Assembly: GCF_004010195.1 (NCBI RefSeq)
Contig: NC_057728.1
Location: 43,760,666 to 43,780,665 of the forward strand
DNA from: Chiloscyllium plagiosum
Lineage: Eukaryota
Reading direction: 5' to 3'
DNA: 20,000 bases
A program made the translations under genes and the position numbers. Positions 1-10,816 of the stretch are shown here, in pieces; position 1 is the stretch's first letter; each line of letters opens with the position of its first letter. Below the pieces are notes generated by a model, which saw only the letters and a list, made by a program, of their open reading frames with translations, did not search any database and was not told the DNA's origin.

Positions 1-131
1 TCTGTCACCTGGCTGACAATTCAAAGACATATCATCAGCATCATTGAGTCCTCCAGCACACCTCCAATCATCAGTGACTTAAACAGTCCTAGCCTTTGCC
101 AACTGCCCTAGTGAGTCATGTTGTTATTCAG

Positions 132-179
132 ATGAGAGTTACAAAAGAGTTACAATAAGAGTTTCAACATGAGAGTTAC
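132..179. repeat. Short degenerate tandem repeat, 4 copies of an 11-14 bp unit (AGAGTTACA core)
   Basis: Seen: atgagagttaca-aaagagttaca-ataagagtttca-acatgagagttac. Confidence 0.7.
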
Positions 180-292
180 TGTGACGGTGGAAAAATCAGG
201 GAAGCATGTGACAATGCATCTCCCTCCTTCTCAGAGATAGTTTTCTGTCCTTTGATTCTACAACTGGCTGTTCTTGCCTTAGACCTGTGAGA

Positions 293-380
293 GATTACAC
301 TTCAAAATTAATTTATTTGTGATTAATCACTCTAAGGTGCCCTGAGGTGATGAAAGACATTATATAATTGCAAGTTCTTT
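293..380 (+). mobile_element. Degraded 3' tail of a Deu-domain (SacSINE1-like) SINE
   Basis: gattacacttcaaaa...cctgaggtgatgaaagacattatataattgcaagttcttt resembles the recalled tail (ctacacttcaaaagtac...gaaaggcgctatataaatgcaagtc). A related tail occurs in reverse at ~10325-10415. Confidence 0.65.
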
Positions 381-484
381 AATTCCAATTTTGAAGGATG
401 AAGTGGGCGACTTTATTAAATGAATATTTTATATTCGTCCTAAATCTTTTTTCGAAATGTTGGTGGAAATTAGATTACAAATAT

Positions 485-570
485 ACAAAACAGGAGTAGG
501 AGTAGGCAATTCGGCTCTTCTACTTTGCTCTATTATGCAACATGATCTTGGTTAATTACCTAACTGATTC
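485..570 (-). mobile_element. CR1 LINE 3' UTR fragment
   Basis: caggagtaggagtaggcaattcggctc...catgatcttgg resembles the reverse complement of the CR1 3' end at ~1765-1840 and the start of the copy at ~5935. Confidence 0.6.
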
Positions 571-597
571 CTTAGATTCTTGAAACGTTCAAAAAGA

Positions 598-1864
598 TTG
601 GAAAACTAACTATAGGCCAGTTAGTTTAACATTTGATGTTGGTAAAATGTTAAATGATCAAACAGAGTCTGCACGGCTTCATGAAGAGAAAATTGTGCAA
701 ATGCTTGCAACTTTCACCAAAAACTGGATGGCTCCTGACAAATTTACTAAAACATTTTTAGGAGATAACAAGCAGTATAGATTAAGGGGAAGTAATGGTT
801 GTAACATATTTTGATTTTTAGAAGAAATTTGATAAGGTACTACACAATGCTTAATAAGACAAGAGCCCATGGTATTGGAGGTAATATTTTAGAATGAATA
901 CAGATTTGACTAACTAAAAGAAGTCAGAGAGTTAGGCTAAAATACATCTTCCAGATAGCAGTCTGTAACGAATGGATTACCACAGGAATCAGTGCTGGAG
1001 CCACTATTATTTATAATATATATTGATAACACCGATAAGGAATGTGAATGTACTATAGCCAAGTTTGTGGATGACACAAAAGTGGATGGGAAGGCAAGTG
1101 GTAAGGATGATATAAAGAGCCTGCAGTGGGACAAATACTGTCTACATGAACAGCAAAAACTGGGTAGATAGAATCTAATATGAGGTTTTGAACTTTGGCA
1201 GGAAGGATAAAAAAGCTGAATATTTTGTAAATAGAGAAAGACTGCAGAAAGTTATTGCACGTTATTACAATTATACAAGTAAAATTATACAATACACTGG
1301 TCAGATGACAGTTGAAATATAGTTTGGGCCCCTTATCTGAGGAAGGATGTACTGGAATTGGAGGCAGTCTAGCAAAGGTACACTAGACTGAGACCGGATA
1401 TAGAAGGAATATCTTATGAGGACAGGTTGAGTAGATTGAGCCTGTATTCATTTGAATTTAGAAGAATGAGAGACAACTTATTGGAACATACAAGATTCTT
1501 AGGGGACATGACAAGGTAGATGCAGAAAGCTTGTTTTCCCTTGTGGCAGTGTCTAGAAGCAGAAAGCATAATCTTTAAGGAATTTAAGACAGAGATGAGG
1601 AGACTCTTTTCTCAGATGGTAGTGAATCTGTGGAATTCTTTATCACGGAGGACTATTGAGGCTGGGTCATTAAGTATTTTCAAGACTAATATGGACAGAT
1701 TTTTAAACAGCAAGGGGATCAAGAGTTATAGGATAAAGACAGGAGAATACAGTTAAGGATTATCATTGGTCATGATCTCACTGAATGGCAGAACAGACTT
1801 GATGAACTAAGTTGCTGACTTCTGCCATTATATTTTATGGTCTTCTTATGGTCTTATGGTCTTA
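598..1864 (+). mobile_element. 5'-truncated, decayed CR1 LINE (RT region to 3' end), subfamily A
   Basis: Fragmented translations NYRPVSLT (608-), GLPQESVLEPLLFIIYIDN (974-), AKFVDDTKVDG (FADD-type motif) and FSQMVVNLWNSL. Ends in a (TATGGTCT)n tail at 1836-1864. Many stops and frameshifts. Confidence 0.92.
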
Positions 1865-2009
1865 GTATCATGCTCCTTAACTTTACAGATCATCTGTGAT
1901 GATACCAGATATGTGACACATACATTAGCTCTGACTAATTTCATTATGTGAATGATCTTAGCCAGCAACTCCCCAAATCAATGTCATAGTGAATGTCCAA
2001 AACGAAACG

Positions 2010-2533
2010 TAGGGATTATTCTGACGCCTGAGTAACTCTCAATATCATGACCCAATGTGGATCTCAATCCTTGTGGGAAGGTGACAGGACTCCAACAGTA
2101 GTCTATTGGCAATGCCCAATTAAAAGGTCATACACAGCATTGCCATCCAATTAAGGATGGCAGATTGTTTTCTGATCAGTCTGCAGCCTCAATATCACCA
2201 CCAATAAATGTGGCAGCAGCTGAGATGCAAGGGAAAGAAGCTGCAAAAAGGTTATGAGAGGGGTAACTCCTCCATATGCAGTTCCTGGAGCATGGAGGCT
2301 GCTATTGATGGAGGAGCTCTTCTGTAGTATATGGAACCTCCAAAGACCACCTCTGTGTAACTGGCAGCTTTCCACTTAGTGAGGCGATGGAGGAGGAGAC
2401 CATACTACATAAGAAAATTGGCAGCAGTCCTGCAAAATGGTCGTCAATTAGTTTTTGAATTATGTAATTTGGCCACCTGCCTCCAGTAAGCAGGCAGAAC
2501 ATCACACCTGCTCCTTTTCCTGAATTTATTCCC
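2010..2533. repeat. Possible decayed non-autonomous palindromic (MITE-like) element
   Basis: More GC-rich than its flanks, with imperfect terminal inverted repeats (gggattattc / gaatttattccc) and internal hairpins at 2107-2162. The family assignment is inference. Confidence 0.3.
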
Positions 2534-3629
2534 CAACAGCAAAAACACATTGGACTTCCATACTTTTGCCTCTTGCTGCTATTTTCCCCTCCAATCTACT
2601 GTCGTAGCATCTGCCCATGATTTTTCTTTCAGAGAAGTGCTCCAGTAATATTTTTTTTTCTCAAACCATGAAAAAACAGTTGGTGAATGAATCCATATTC
2701 ATCCCACTCAGTAATGAAAGTTTATAATCAAAACAGAGCAAATATTTAAACTGAATTTATCTGATACCAGATGGACTCCCATATGCCTTATCAAGAGAGC
2801 AACTGAAAATCTTCTCACAGATGTTTTTCGGTGTGGCAATCCTGTCACATCTGCCAAATATCCTGATAAAGGTAATGAAGTAGGAAACCAACTATTTTAG
2901 TGCAGTTCTTTATTCATGGCTAGGTGATTTATGCATAAAAGATAAATTTATCATTAAATCCAATAAAAATGTATTTTCCATCTGAAGAAATGAATGAGAA
3001 TCAGTATTTTATCGACTGTACTTAGAATTTAGAAAAACTTTTTTCATAAGATGTAACAATAAAGAAAAGCACATTTTATTTGACTGAAGTTAACATTAAC
3101 TGGACAGAAAGAGTCTCAAAGCAAATCTGTGGACTTGCCTTCCTGGTAACACTGAAGTTCTAATGTTTGTAGTTTCACAAATCCTGCCTTCACTAAAATA
3201 ATGCAGGTTCCTACATTTCATTTGCTGTTGCACTTCCCAATATCTAGCTGCAGGGTTATTCAATGTAGAAGTCAACTGAAATTCCTCAGTTCTCAGGTCC
3301 AAGACTGGTGAGCTGCATCAGGAGTGGTCACACCCAAGGTAGTTGTGTGGGAACTTAGAAGAGTGGGCTAAAAAGTATAGGCTGTTGTTTGATATTAAGA
3401 AGTCTAACGACATGAAGTCCAGGAAATATAAGAAAAAAGTCAAAATATGAAATAAATGGAGACAGAATGCAGGAAATGACTAATGGTGAGTGATCTACGA
3501 GGTTTGGGAAAACCAAACCATCAGCATAATGTGTGGTAGTGGTGAAAAAATAAGACATTTAATCATTAGCACAAGCTCACATTCAAAGACATCATGAACA
3601 AGCTAAGATGAAACAAGTTAAATACAAGT

Positions 3630-4268
3630 TCCTAACTTCATTATAGCCTTGGTCCAACCTGGATAAAAGAGCTGAGTTCTAGGGGTGAGATGACAATGAC
3701 AGGCCTTGACATCAAAGCCCCCTTTTAATTGACTGGGGCATCAAAGAGCCTTAGCAAAACTGGAATCAATGGGTATCAGAGCCAAACTCTTCACTGGTTG
3801 AAGTCACATCTGGTACATTGGAAGACAGTTGGGGTTGTTGGAGATCTGTCATCTCAGCTCTAGGATATCTCTCCAGGAGTCCCTCAGGGCAGTGTCCTAG
3901 GCCCAACTAACTTCAGCTACTTTATCAATGACCTTTCCTCCATCATTAGGTTGGAAATAGGGATGTTGGCCAATGATTGCACTATGTTCAGCACTATTTG
4001 CAATTCCTCAGATAGTGAAGAAGTCCATGTTCAAGTGGAGCATGGTCTTGACAATATCTAGGCCTGGGCTCACAAGCAGCAAGAAACATTAACATCACAC
4101 AAATGCCAGGCAATTACCATCTCCAATAAGAGAAAATCTAACTATCACAGCATGATATTGAAGTGTCATCACTGAATCCTCCACTTTTGATATCTTGGGG
4201 GTTACCATTCACCAAAACGTCAACTGGACTTACCACATAAATATAGTGGTGAGTGGAGCAGGTCAGAG
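3630..4268 (+). mobile_element. CR1-clade LINE of a second lineage, RT region, 5' part
   Basis: Translations GLDIKA, ALAKLESMGIR, GVPQGSVLGPTNFSYFINDL, GMLANDCTMF and ILGVTIHQNVNWTYHINIV. Interrupted at 4268 by a younger CR1. Confidence 0.9.
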
Positions 4269-4671
4269 TCATAGAGTCATAGAGATGTACAGCATGGAAA
4301 CAGACCCTTCGTTTCAACCCATCCATGCTGACCAGATATCCCAACCTAATCTAGTCCCACTGCCAGCACCCGGCCCATATCCCTCCAAACCCTTCCTATT
4401 CATAGACCCATCCAAATGCCTCTTAAATGTTGCAATTGTACCAGCCTCCACCACTTCCTCTGGCATCTCATTCCATACCCGTATCACCCTCTGCGTGAAA
4501 AAGTTGCCCCTTAGGTCTCTTTTATATCTTTCTCCTCTCACCCTAAACCTATGCCCGCTAGTTCTGTACTCCCCGACCCCAGGGAAAAGACTTTGCCTAT
4601 TTACCCTATCCATGCCCCTCATAATTTTGTAAACTTCTATAAGGTCACCCCTCAGCCTCCGACACTCCAGG
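4269..4671 (-). mobile_element. Younger 5'-truncated CR1 LINE (ORF2 C-terminus plus 3' UTR), subfamily B, nested in the older LINE
   Basis: ORF 4314..4622 (MRGMDRVNRQSLFP...GHRFRVRGERYKRDLRGNFFTQRVIRVWNEMPEEVVEAGT...FKRHLD) is typical CR1 C-terminus. It carries a (GACTCTAT)n tail and is closely similar to 16636-17040. Confidence 0.95.
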
Positions 4672-5247
4672 GCTAGGAATACTGTGGTGAGTTACTCACC
4701 TCCTGACTCTCTAAAGCCTTTAAACCATCTACAAGTCACAAGTCAGGAGTATGATGGGATACTCCCCATTTGTCTGGATGAGTTCGGCTCCAATAACAGC
4801 AAAGAATCTTGACAAAGCAGTCCTCTTGACTGGCACCATAACCACAAGCATCCACTTCCTTCACCACTGATGTTCAGAAGCAACATTGCATACTAAATAT
4901 AAGATGCACTACAGAAATTCATCAAACATCCTGAGTCAGCACCTTTTAAAACCAAAATACTTCCATCTAGAAGGACAACAGCAACAGATATAATAGGAAC
5001 ACCATGACCTTCAAGTTCCCTTCCAAGCCACGCACCAACCTTACTTGGAAATATATCCCCGTTCCTTCACATTTGCCGGATGAAAATCCTGGAATTCCCT
5101 CCCTAATGGTATTGTGGTTCAATGTACAGCTTGTGGATAGCAACAGTTCAAAAATCAGCTCACCACCACCTACTCAAAGGCAACTTGGGGTGGGCAATAA
5201 ATGCTGGTCAGCAAGTGATGCCCAGGTCTCATGAGTCAATAAAAAAA
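4672..5247 (+). mobile_element. CR1-clade LINE of the second lineage, 3' part with A-rich end
   Basis: Continues the frame split at 4268 (AGQ-RLGIL...TIYKSQVRSMMGYSPFVWM...KSWNSLPN) and ends in tgagtcaataaaaaaa at ~5232-5247. Confidence 0.9.
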
Positions 5248-5919
5248 TACAAATACGATAAACTGCGGTGAATGCAGGAAATAGTCTGCACTGTGATAAA
5301 GAATGCAGTGGGAGATGTATATTAGAAAGGAGAGGAATTACATTCCTGAAAAGAAGAACAACAAAGTAGAACAGCGGAGTGTGCAGTAATGGAGTTCTCC
5401 GATCCTGTAAAGACTGAAGGCAAAATATTGTGTACTCTCCCATCCTAGCTGTAAGCCTGGTAAAACTAGCCAGATCAAGTATTTCTTAAATGTGTCAATG
5501 TTGCCCGATTCAACCTGTCCATATGGTAGCAAGTTTCACATTCTCAGCACTTTGTGTAAAATAATTTCTTCCAAATAATTTGGTGTGTTCCTGCTAGTTT
5601 ATATTCATGCTTCCTTTGTCCATACTCACTCACAAAAGTAAACAGTTTTTCTGTGTCTATCCTCTCAAGATCCTTATAACTAACTCACCTAGATTACAAT
5701 GTTTCAATAGTCAGGAACAGATAGTTGAGTTTCACTTGATACAGTATAATGATTGTACAGAGGTTGTGAAACCATTAGTGAAATTATTCAGCTTTTTAAA
5801 AAGTGACTGTGGTTACAGTAAAGTCCTGATGTTTTAAAACTCTATTTGGTTATCCAGATTACCTTGGAAAAATATACTTCACACACAATGTTGGAATTAG
5901 ACTAGACTGTTTGTATTAC

Positions 5920-6645
5920 CATAACAGCATAAAATATAGGAGCAGAAGTAATTGATTCAGTGCATATGCTCCACAATTGAACAAGATCTGACAATTCTCA
6001 TCTCCAATTTCTTGCCTTTTCCCTATAATGGTTGATTACTTGACGGATGAAAAATCTATCTCAACCTTAAATAAAGGTAACCACCCAGCCTTGACAGACC
6101 TTTGTGATAATGAATTCCACTGATTTACTAGCGTCTCCAATCTGTGTCTTATATAGGTGACCTCTTATTCTGACATTATGCTTTCTGGTCCAATACTCTC
6201 CAGCATGTGGAATAACCTCCCCACATCTACCAAATCATGTCCCTAAGAAGGCTGCCTCTCATTCTTTTAAACTCCAATGAATAAAAGCCCAGTCTGGTCA
6301 TGTGAAAATTCCTCCTTACTCAGGATCAATTTCGTGAATGTTCTCTGAACTGCCACTAATGCCAATGTATCTTTCCTTAGATAAGGGGCCAAAACTATTC
6401 TTAGTATTCATGCTGTGTTCTAACTAAAGCCTTGTATTATGTTAGCAAGGCCTCTCCATTTTTATACTCCATTCGCTTTGAAGTAAACGCCAAACTTTCA
6501 TTTGCCTTCCCTATTTGCTGTTGAACATGTATCCTAGCTTTTTGTGATTTATAATTTACAAACCCTTTTGCAATATAGCTTTTTGTGAGCTTTTTCCATT
6601 TAAATAATATTCAATTTCTCTTTTCTTCCTTTAAAGGAACAAATT
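5920..6645 (-). mobile_element. Decayed CR1 LINE 3' fragment, subfamily A
   Basis: Begins with a reversed 3' UTR (ataggagcagaagta...). ccttagataaggggccaaaacta is the reverse match of 1320-1342, and tttatactccattcgctttgaagtaaacgcca is the reverse match of 8476-8505. Confidence 0.88.
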
Positions 6646-7146
6646 CTGACAAGAAAATGTCTGGATCCACTAGATTAACTCTTGAAGTGAAAGATGACCA
6701 TGACCCCAAACACAACAGTATGCACCTTATTCTAAAATGAGAGGGAGAGATTTAATCCAAATGCATTTGTGTTCATGTAAAAAGTGATGATCTTTTTTAC
6801 TTTCATGTTACAATGTATTCAATTTTCTCAAAATTCTTCTACTGAAAGATATGGACTTCCCATCCTGGTCTAATATTGCAAATTAAATGATCATATTTAC
6901 CCATTGAAAATGAATGGATTTTTTAAAATCAATGCTCCAGCTGGAAAGCATAAACCTACTTGTCTTGGAGGTCATAAATGTATTTGTAAATTATTCACCC
7001 AAATCCTCTAGTTATTCTATTGATGAAAGGAAAGGTTACAGAAACTTTACTCTTCATAACGGATGAAATCCTGCCTACTACAGCAAATGTGAGATTTGGA
7101 TTTATTTCAAAGGACAAAGGGTTGCCAGACTTCAAATGACGTCAAT

Positions 7147-7198
7147 CTAAGGCGGTTGATATACTTTATACTTAGTGCTAAGGTTGAAGCCTTGTTCA
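7147..7198 (-). CDS. Candidate terminal coding exon (EQGFNLSTKYKVYQPP*)
   Basis: Acceptor tattatttcttaatactctcAG, phase-compatible with the 12791-12845 candidate. TAG at 7147-7149 and a minus-strand AATAAA at ~7101-7106. No homology recognised. Confidence 0.22.
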
Positions 7199-7632
7199 CT
7201 GAGAGTATTAAGAAATAATAGTATTCATGATACAGAAGTAGCATCACAAATGTGATAACTTTTAGTTCTTCATTTAAGCAGACAAAATCATGTGTGCAAT
7301 CCCAATTGTATGATAGATCATACAAAAGCACGCAAACATTTTATTAGTTTTATTGAATTTCTGAAAATCTGATTAACAGCTAACTTAATTATTTTCCCCA
7401 AACTGATACTCTACACATAAATTTAATATGCAAATCCTGTTGATCCAAGTAGAAGAGCAGAAAGGTAAGTGTGTATACTTGGATAAATTTTTCATTACAT
7501 CGTTCATCTTATATCAGTCTCAATGTTAAACTCTTGAAAAATCACTTCAACCCACTAGAATTGTCATGAAAGAAGGCAGAAATTTCTTTCTTCAGATGTT
7601 GTGAATTGGAATTTGTAGTTGTTAATGCTGAA

Positions 7633-7750
7633 GCAGTGCTTTTGCAGTGTAATGGTAGTGTCTCTACTTATGAACCAGGAAGTCATTTATAAGCACTACC
7701 TGCTCCAAAATTGTGTGATAGCATCCTTGAACAGGATGATTAAAAAATAC
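7633..7750 (+). mobile_element. Short tRNA-derived SINE (decayed)
   Basis: A-box-like tgtaatggtagtg, degenerate B-box region, then acctgctcca...tgaacaggatgattaaaaaata, as in a recalled short shark SINE. Confidence 0.6.
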
Positions 7751-7756
7751 CTATGT

Positions 7757-8514
7757 GCTGGATGAATAGAAAATTGCCAATATAACATTTTCTTCAAAAA
7801 GAGAAGGAAACAGAATAATAGGTAACTATAGACATGTTAGCTTACAATCTGTTCCTGAAAAAATGTTAGTCTATATTAAGAGATGTATTAGGAAAGATTT
7901 TGAAATACAGCATTTGATCAAGTAGAGACTACATGGCATCATAAAGGAGAAATCATGCCAGACAAGCAGGACAGGTAAAGGAGAAGTGGTGGATGTAACA
8001 TATTTGGATAAGGTACCATACATTAGGTTACATTAGGAGTCTGTAGTGTTGGATGTAGCATAGATGGAGGATTGGCTAACCAATAGAAAGCAGAGAGTTG
8101 GGATAAGGGGAACATTTTCACGATGGTAACTTGCCATAGAGATCAGTGCTGAGGCCACAATTATTTACATTATATACTAATGATGTGGATGAGGAAAGTG
8201 ACTGTACTATACCCAAGTTTGTGGATGATACAAAAATATGTGGAAGGCTAGTGGTGAAGATGACATATATGGACGAGGGAATCAGTGCCAAAAACTTGGC
8301 ACATGGAATATAATGTGAGTTACTAAGATATTATGCACATTTGCAGAAATTTAGAGGAGTTGAATATCATTGAAATGGAGGAAGACTGCAGAAAGTTATA
8401 GCACAGTGGGATTTATAAAAAGAAATCACTAAAAGCAGGAAGGTTATCAGCTATGAGGGAAGGCAAATGGTATGCTGGCCTTTATTTCAAAGGGAATAGA
8501 GTATAAAAATGGGG
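7757..8514 (+). mobile_element. Decayed internal CR1 LINE RT fragment, subfamily A
   Basis: Translations GNYRHVSL, SVLRPQLFTLYTNDVD, KFVDDTKI and GKANGMLAFISKGIEYK. Colinear with 600-1270. Confidence 0.9.
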
Positions 8515-8860
8515 TTTCTTGTTTTTCTGTATATTTCCCAGAGGATGGGGAGATGGATGCTTTCAATTTGTCGGCTCTGAATGTTTCTGCCCTGGCATTT
8601 ACAGCTTTTAACACTGTGCAGCACAATCAAGCAGAAGGCAGAATTTCCTTAACTTAAAAGACTCAATTTCTCCCCTTCCTTACTTCAAAAAGCCCAATAT
8701 TGTACAGCACAGCTCAAAAATATACAATACTTGATTTTCAAGTTGCAAACCTCGTGTGGTATTTCAATTAGAAAGCAGTCCGACTTCAACTTCAGTTTAC
8801 AGTGCCAAAAAAAGAAAGATATGGAGTCTGTTACATTAAAACTTCCTGTATAAAGTGTTA

Positions 8861-9345
8861 AAAATCACACAACACCAGGTTATAGTCCAACAGGTTTATT
8901 TGGAAGCACTAGCTTTCGAGACCCTGCCTCTTCAACAGGTAGTTGTGGAACATGACCATATTGCACACAGTTTATAGCAAAAGTTTTAAAGTGTCATGGA
9001 GTTATGATATATTAAACAACTTTAGTTAAAAATTACACAACACCAGGTTATAGTTCTTAAGCAAATTTAGATTAAATTTTTCATCTTTTAGAATGGTATA
9101 TGGTAGTTTAGATTCTTTAATATTTAGTCCCAGAATTACATTCTCAAGATGGCATCAGCTTATCTAATAATAGGTATCATCTCAGCTCAGACAATGCATT
9201 AAACGTGTGAAGGTAAAGTCTGTACCAATATTGAATCAATTCTATTTCTAAAGTGGAGCTTATAGAATCTTCATGGATTTATGCAGTTTTTGAGCAAAAT
9301 AAATGTAATTGTCCACTCTAGTCCAACACTGGCACCTCCAAATCA
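8861..9345 (-). mobile_element. Non-coding Penelope-like element terminal fragment with 14-bp TSD
   Basis: Flanked by a perfect direct repeat TGTATAAAGTGTTA (8847-8860 and 9346-9359). The minus strand has a hammerhead-like core and an AATAAA. The Penelope assignment comes from recalled shark repeats and the known PLE-hammerhead association. Confidence 0.75.
8904..8945 (-). ncRNA. Degenerate minimal hammerhead-ribozyme-like motif
   Basis: Minus strand reads CUGUUGA-a-GAG(gcagggu)CUC-GAAA-GC(uagu)GC-UUC. The canonical core is CUGANGA...GAAA, so this copy has one core mismatch. Confidence 0.5.
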
Positions 9346-9413
9346 TGTATAAAGTGTTAGAAATTTAGGATAATTTGTTATCACCTTAGAAGCAAATGCA
9401 GAAAGGCCAAAAT

Positions 9414-10140
9414 CTATTTATTTATCTATTGATTTATTGATTTATTTTGTTACAAAATACAGTAAAAAGTGTTGTATAGTGTCACCAGTTTCTGGTACCA
9501 TCTTAAAACACACAAAAAAACCAAAGCATAGAACATAAAGGCATAAAAATAATGAAATAAAGAAAAAGTGCTCAACTTTACAGTCCTTTGTGTTAAGTGC
9601 TCTGCCATGGGCCTGGTAGCCAGGTTCAAGTCCTTTTCATCGTGCTGCCCCCACTGGAACAAAAGACGCACTCTTCAGTGCCATCTTCCCTCCACTGCCG
9701 CCCACTGACTATGAGTCCTCATTGCACCTGGCCAATGCAGACATCACCGTTGCTGCTGGGAACTGCACTGGCCCAACCTCGACTCCGTCATTCACATGAG
9801 GCTGTTTCAGGCATACCTCGCTGATGCAGCCACTCCCGATTCTGCCAGGTCTTGTACTGGGTCCAAACTAGCCTCTGCCACTGTCTCCATGAATCTGCAC
9901 TAGACACAGACACATCCAGGAACTCAAATTGCCTCTGCCACAGTAGCCATGAGGTAGGACCACATTAGCCATGTAGAAGCTGCAAATTCACCTCCAAGGC
10001 TGTGCCATGAGTCCACACCGGGCTCACTCGAGTTTTCACTGGGTTTACTCGCTGCTATCGATGCGGTCAGCAAAACAGACCTCTTCAACAAGAGGTAAAT
10101 AAAATAAAAGGAAAAAATGAAAAAAGAGAAAAAGTGCTCT
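9414..10140 (-). mobile_element. Non-autonomous retroposon with a Rex1/Babar-like 3' tail
   Basis: Minus strand ends cactttttactgtattttgtaacaaaataaatcaataaatcaatagataaataaa (short tandem tail). The GC-rich body at 9595-10095 has no credible ORF. The clade is inferred from the tail only. Confidence 0.5.
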
Positions 10141-10324
10141 TTGGGCTTGCAATATTGAAAATGCAAAGATAAAATAACTGGCTCATTCAATCATATGCAA
10201 TGTTTCTTGATCTATGGATTTCCTGGTGAAATATTATACTTGCTATGGGGAAAAAAGAACTTCCAAAATGCTAATATTTTATGTGTTAAAAAGGCATCAT
10301 CACAATTTATTAGAAAGAACAATT

Positions 10325-10816
10325 ATAATTTAGATAGCACTTTATCATTTCATGACACAATAAAGCACTTAATAGCCAATAAATTTCTTGTTGAAACACA
10401 TTCACTGTTATGTAGGTAAATTTGGTCACTTTGATTGGAATAAAGTAGTGCAACTGAAATAATTACTAAATAGATCAGTTGAGGGAAGTATGTTGACCAA
10501 CGTAATTCTCTATATCTTCTTCAAATTATGTCAAAGGATCTTTAATATGTTTTGATGGGCAGCTAGAACTTAGGTTTAATGATCAACTGCAATTGCATCA
10601 CTAAAGGAACAATCTCTCAGCACAATATGACAGATGATTCTTTATTAGATGCTCAATTGTTAAAATAGATCTTGAATCCATAACTTCTGAAACAGAAACA
10701 ATTATGATGCTGCCTGACCTGTTGAGTTTCCACAGCACTTTCTGCTTTTATTTCAAATTTCCTGCATCAATGGCATTTCGCTTTGCAACAACTCTAATGA
10801 CTGACCGAGATTGACA
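10325..10816 (-). mobile_element. Highly decayed Deu-domain tRNA-derived SINE (SacSINE1-like), interrupted by a Penelope tail
   Basis: Colinear remnants: tail (atttagatagcacttt...aaagcacttaatagccaat), core (gttgaggga...tcttcttcaaat...ggatcttt...ggtttaatg) and reversed B box (cttgaatcc at 10670-10678). Confidence 0.65.
10706..10784 (+). mobile_element. Short Penelope-like 3' tail fragment
   Basis: gatgctgcctgacctgttgagtttccacagcactttctgcttttatttcaaatttcctgcatc matches a recalled, very abundant chondrichthyan PLE end. Confidence 0.7.

Noticed and set aside
2771..2870. Possible + strand exon (AG|...AAG|GTAATG; WTPICLIKRATENLLTDVFRCGNPVTSAKYPDK or an alternative frame)
   Set aside because: Two frames are open, the polypyrimidine tract is weak, and I found no convincing partner exons or recognised homology.
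4195..4632. 145-aa + strand ORF
   Set aside because: A chimera of the host LINE frame reading into antisense CR1, not a gene.
6637..6717. Apparent + strand exon after ttttcttcctttaaAG
   Set aside because: The acceptor is part of the antisense CR1 fragment and is probably coincidental.
8472..8657. 61-aa ORF with a strong internal acceptor at ~8542
   Set aside because: The N-terminus is CR1 and the rest is read-through; no donor or homology support.
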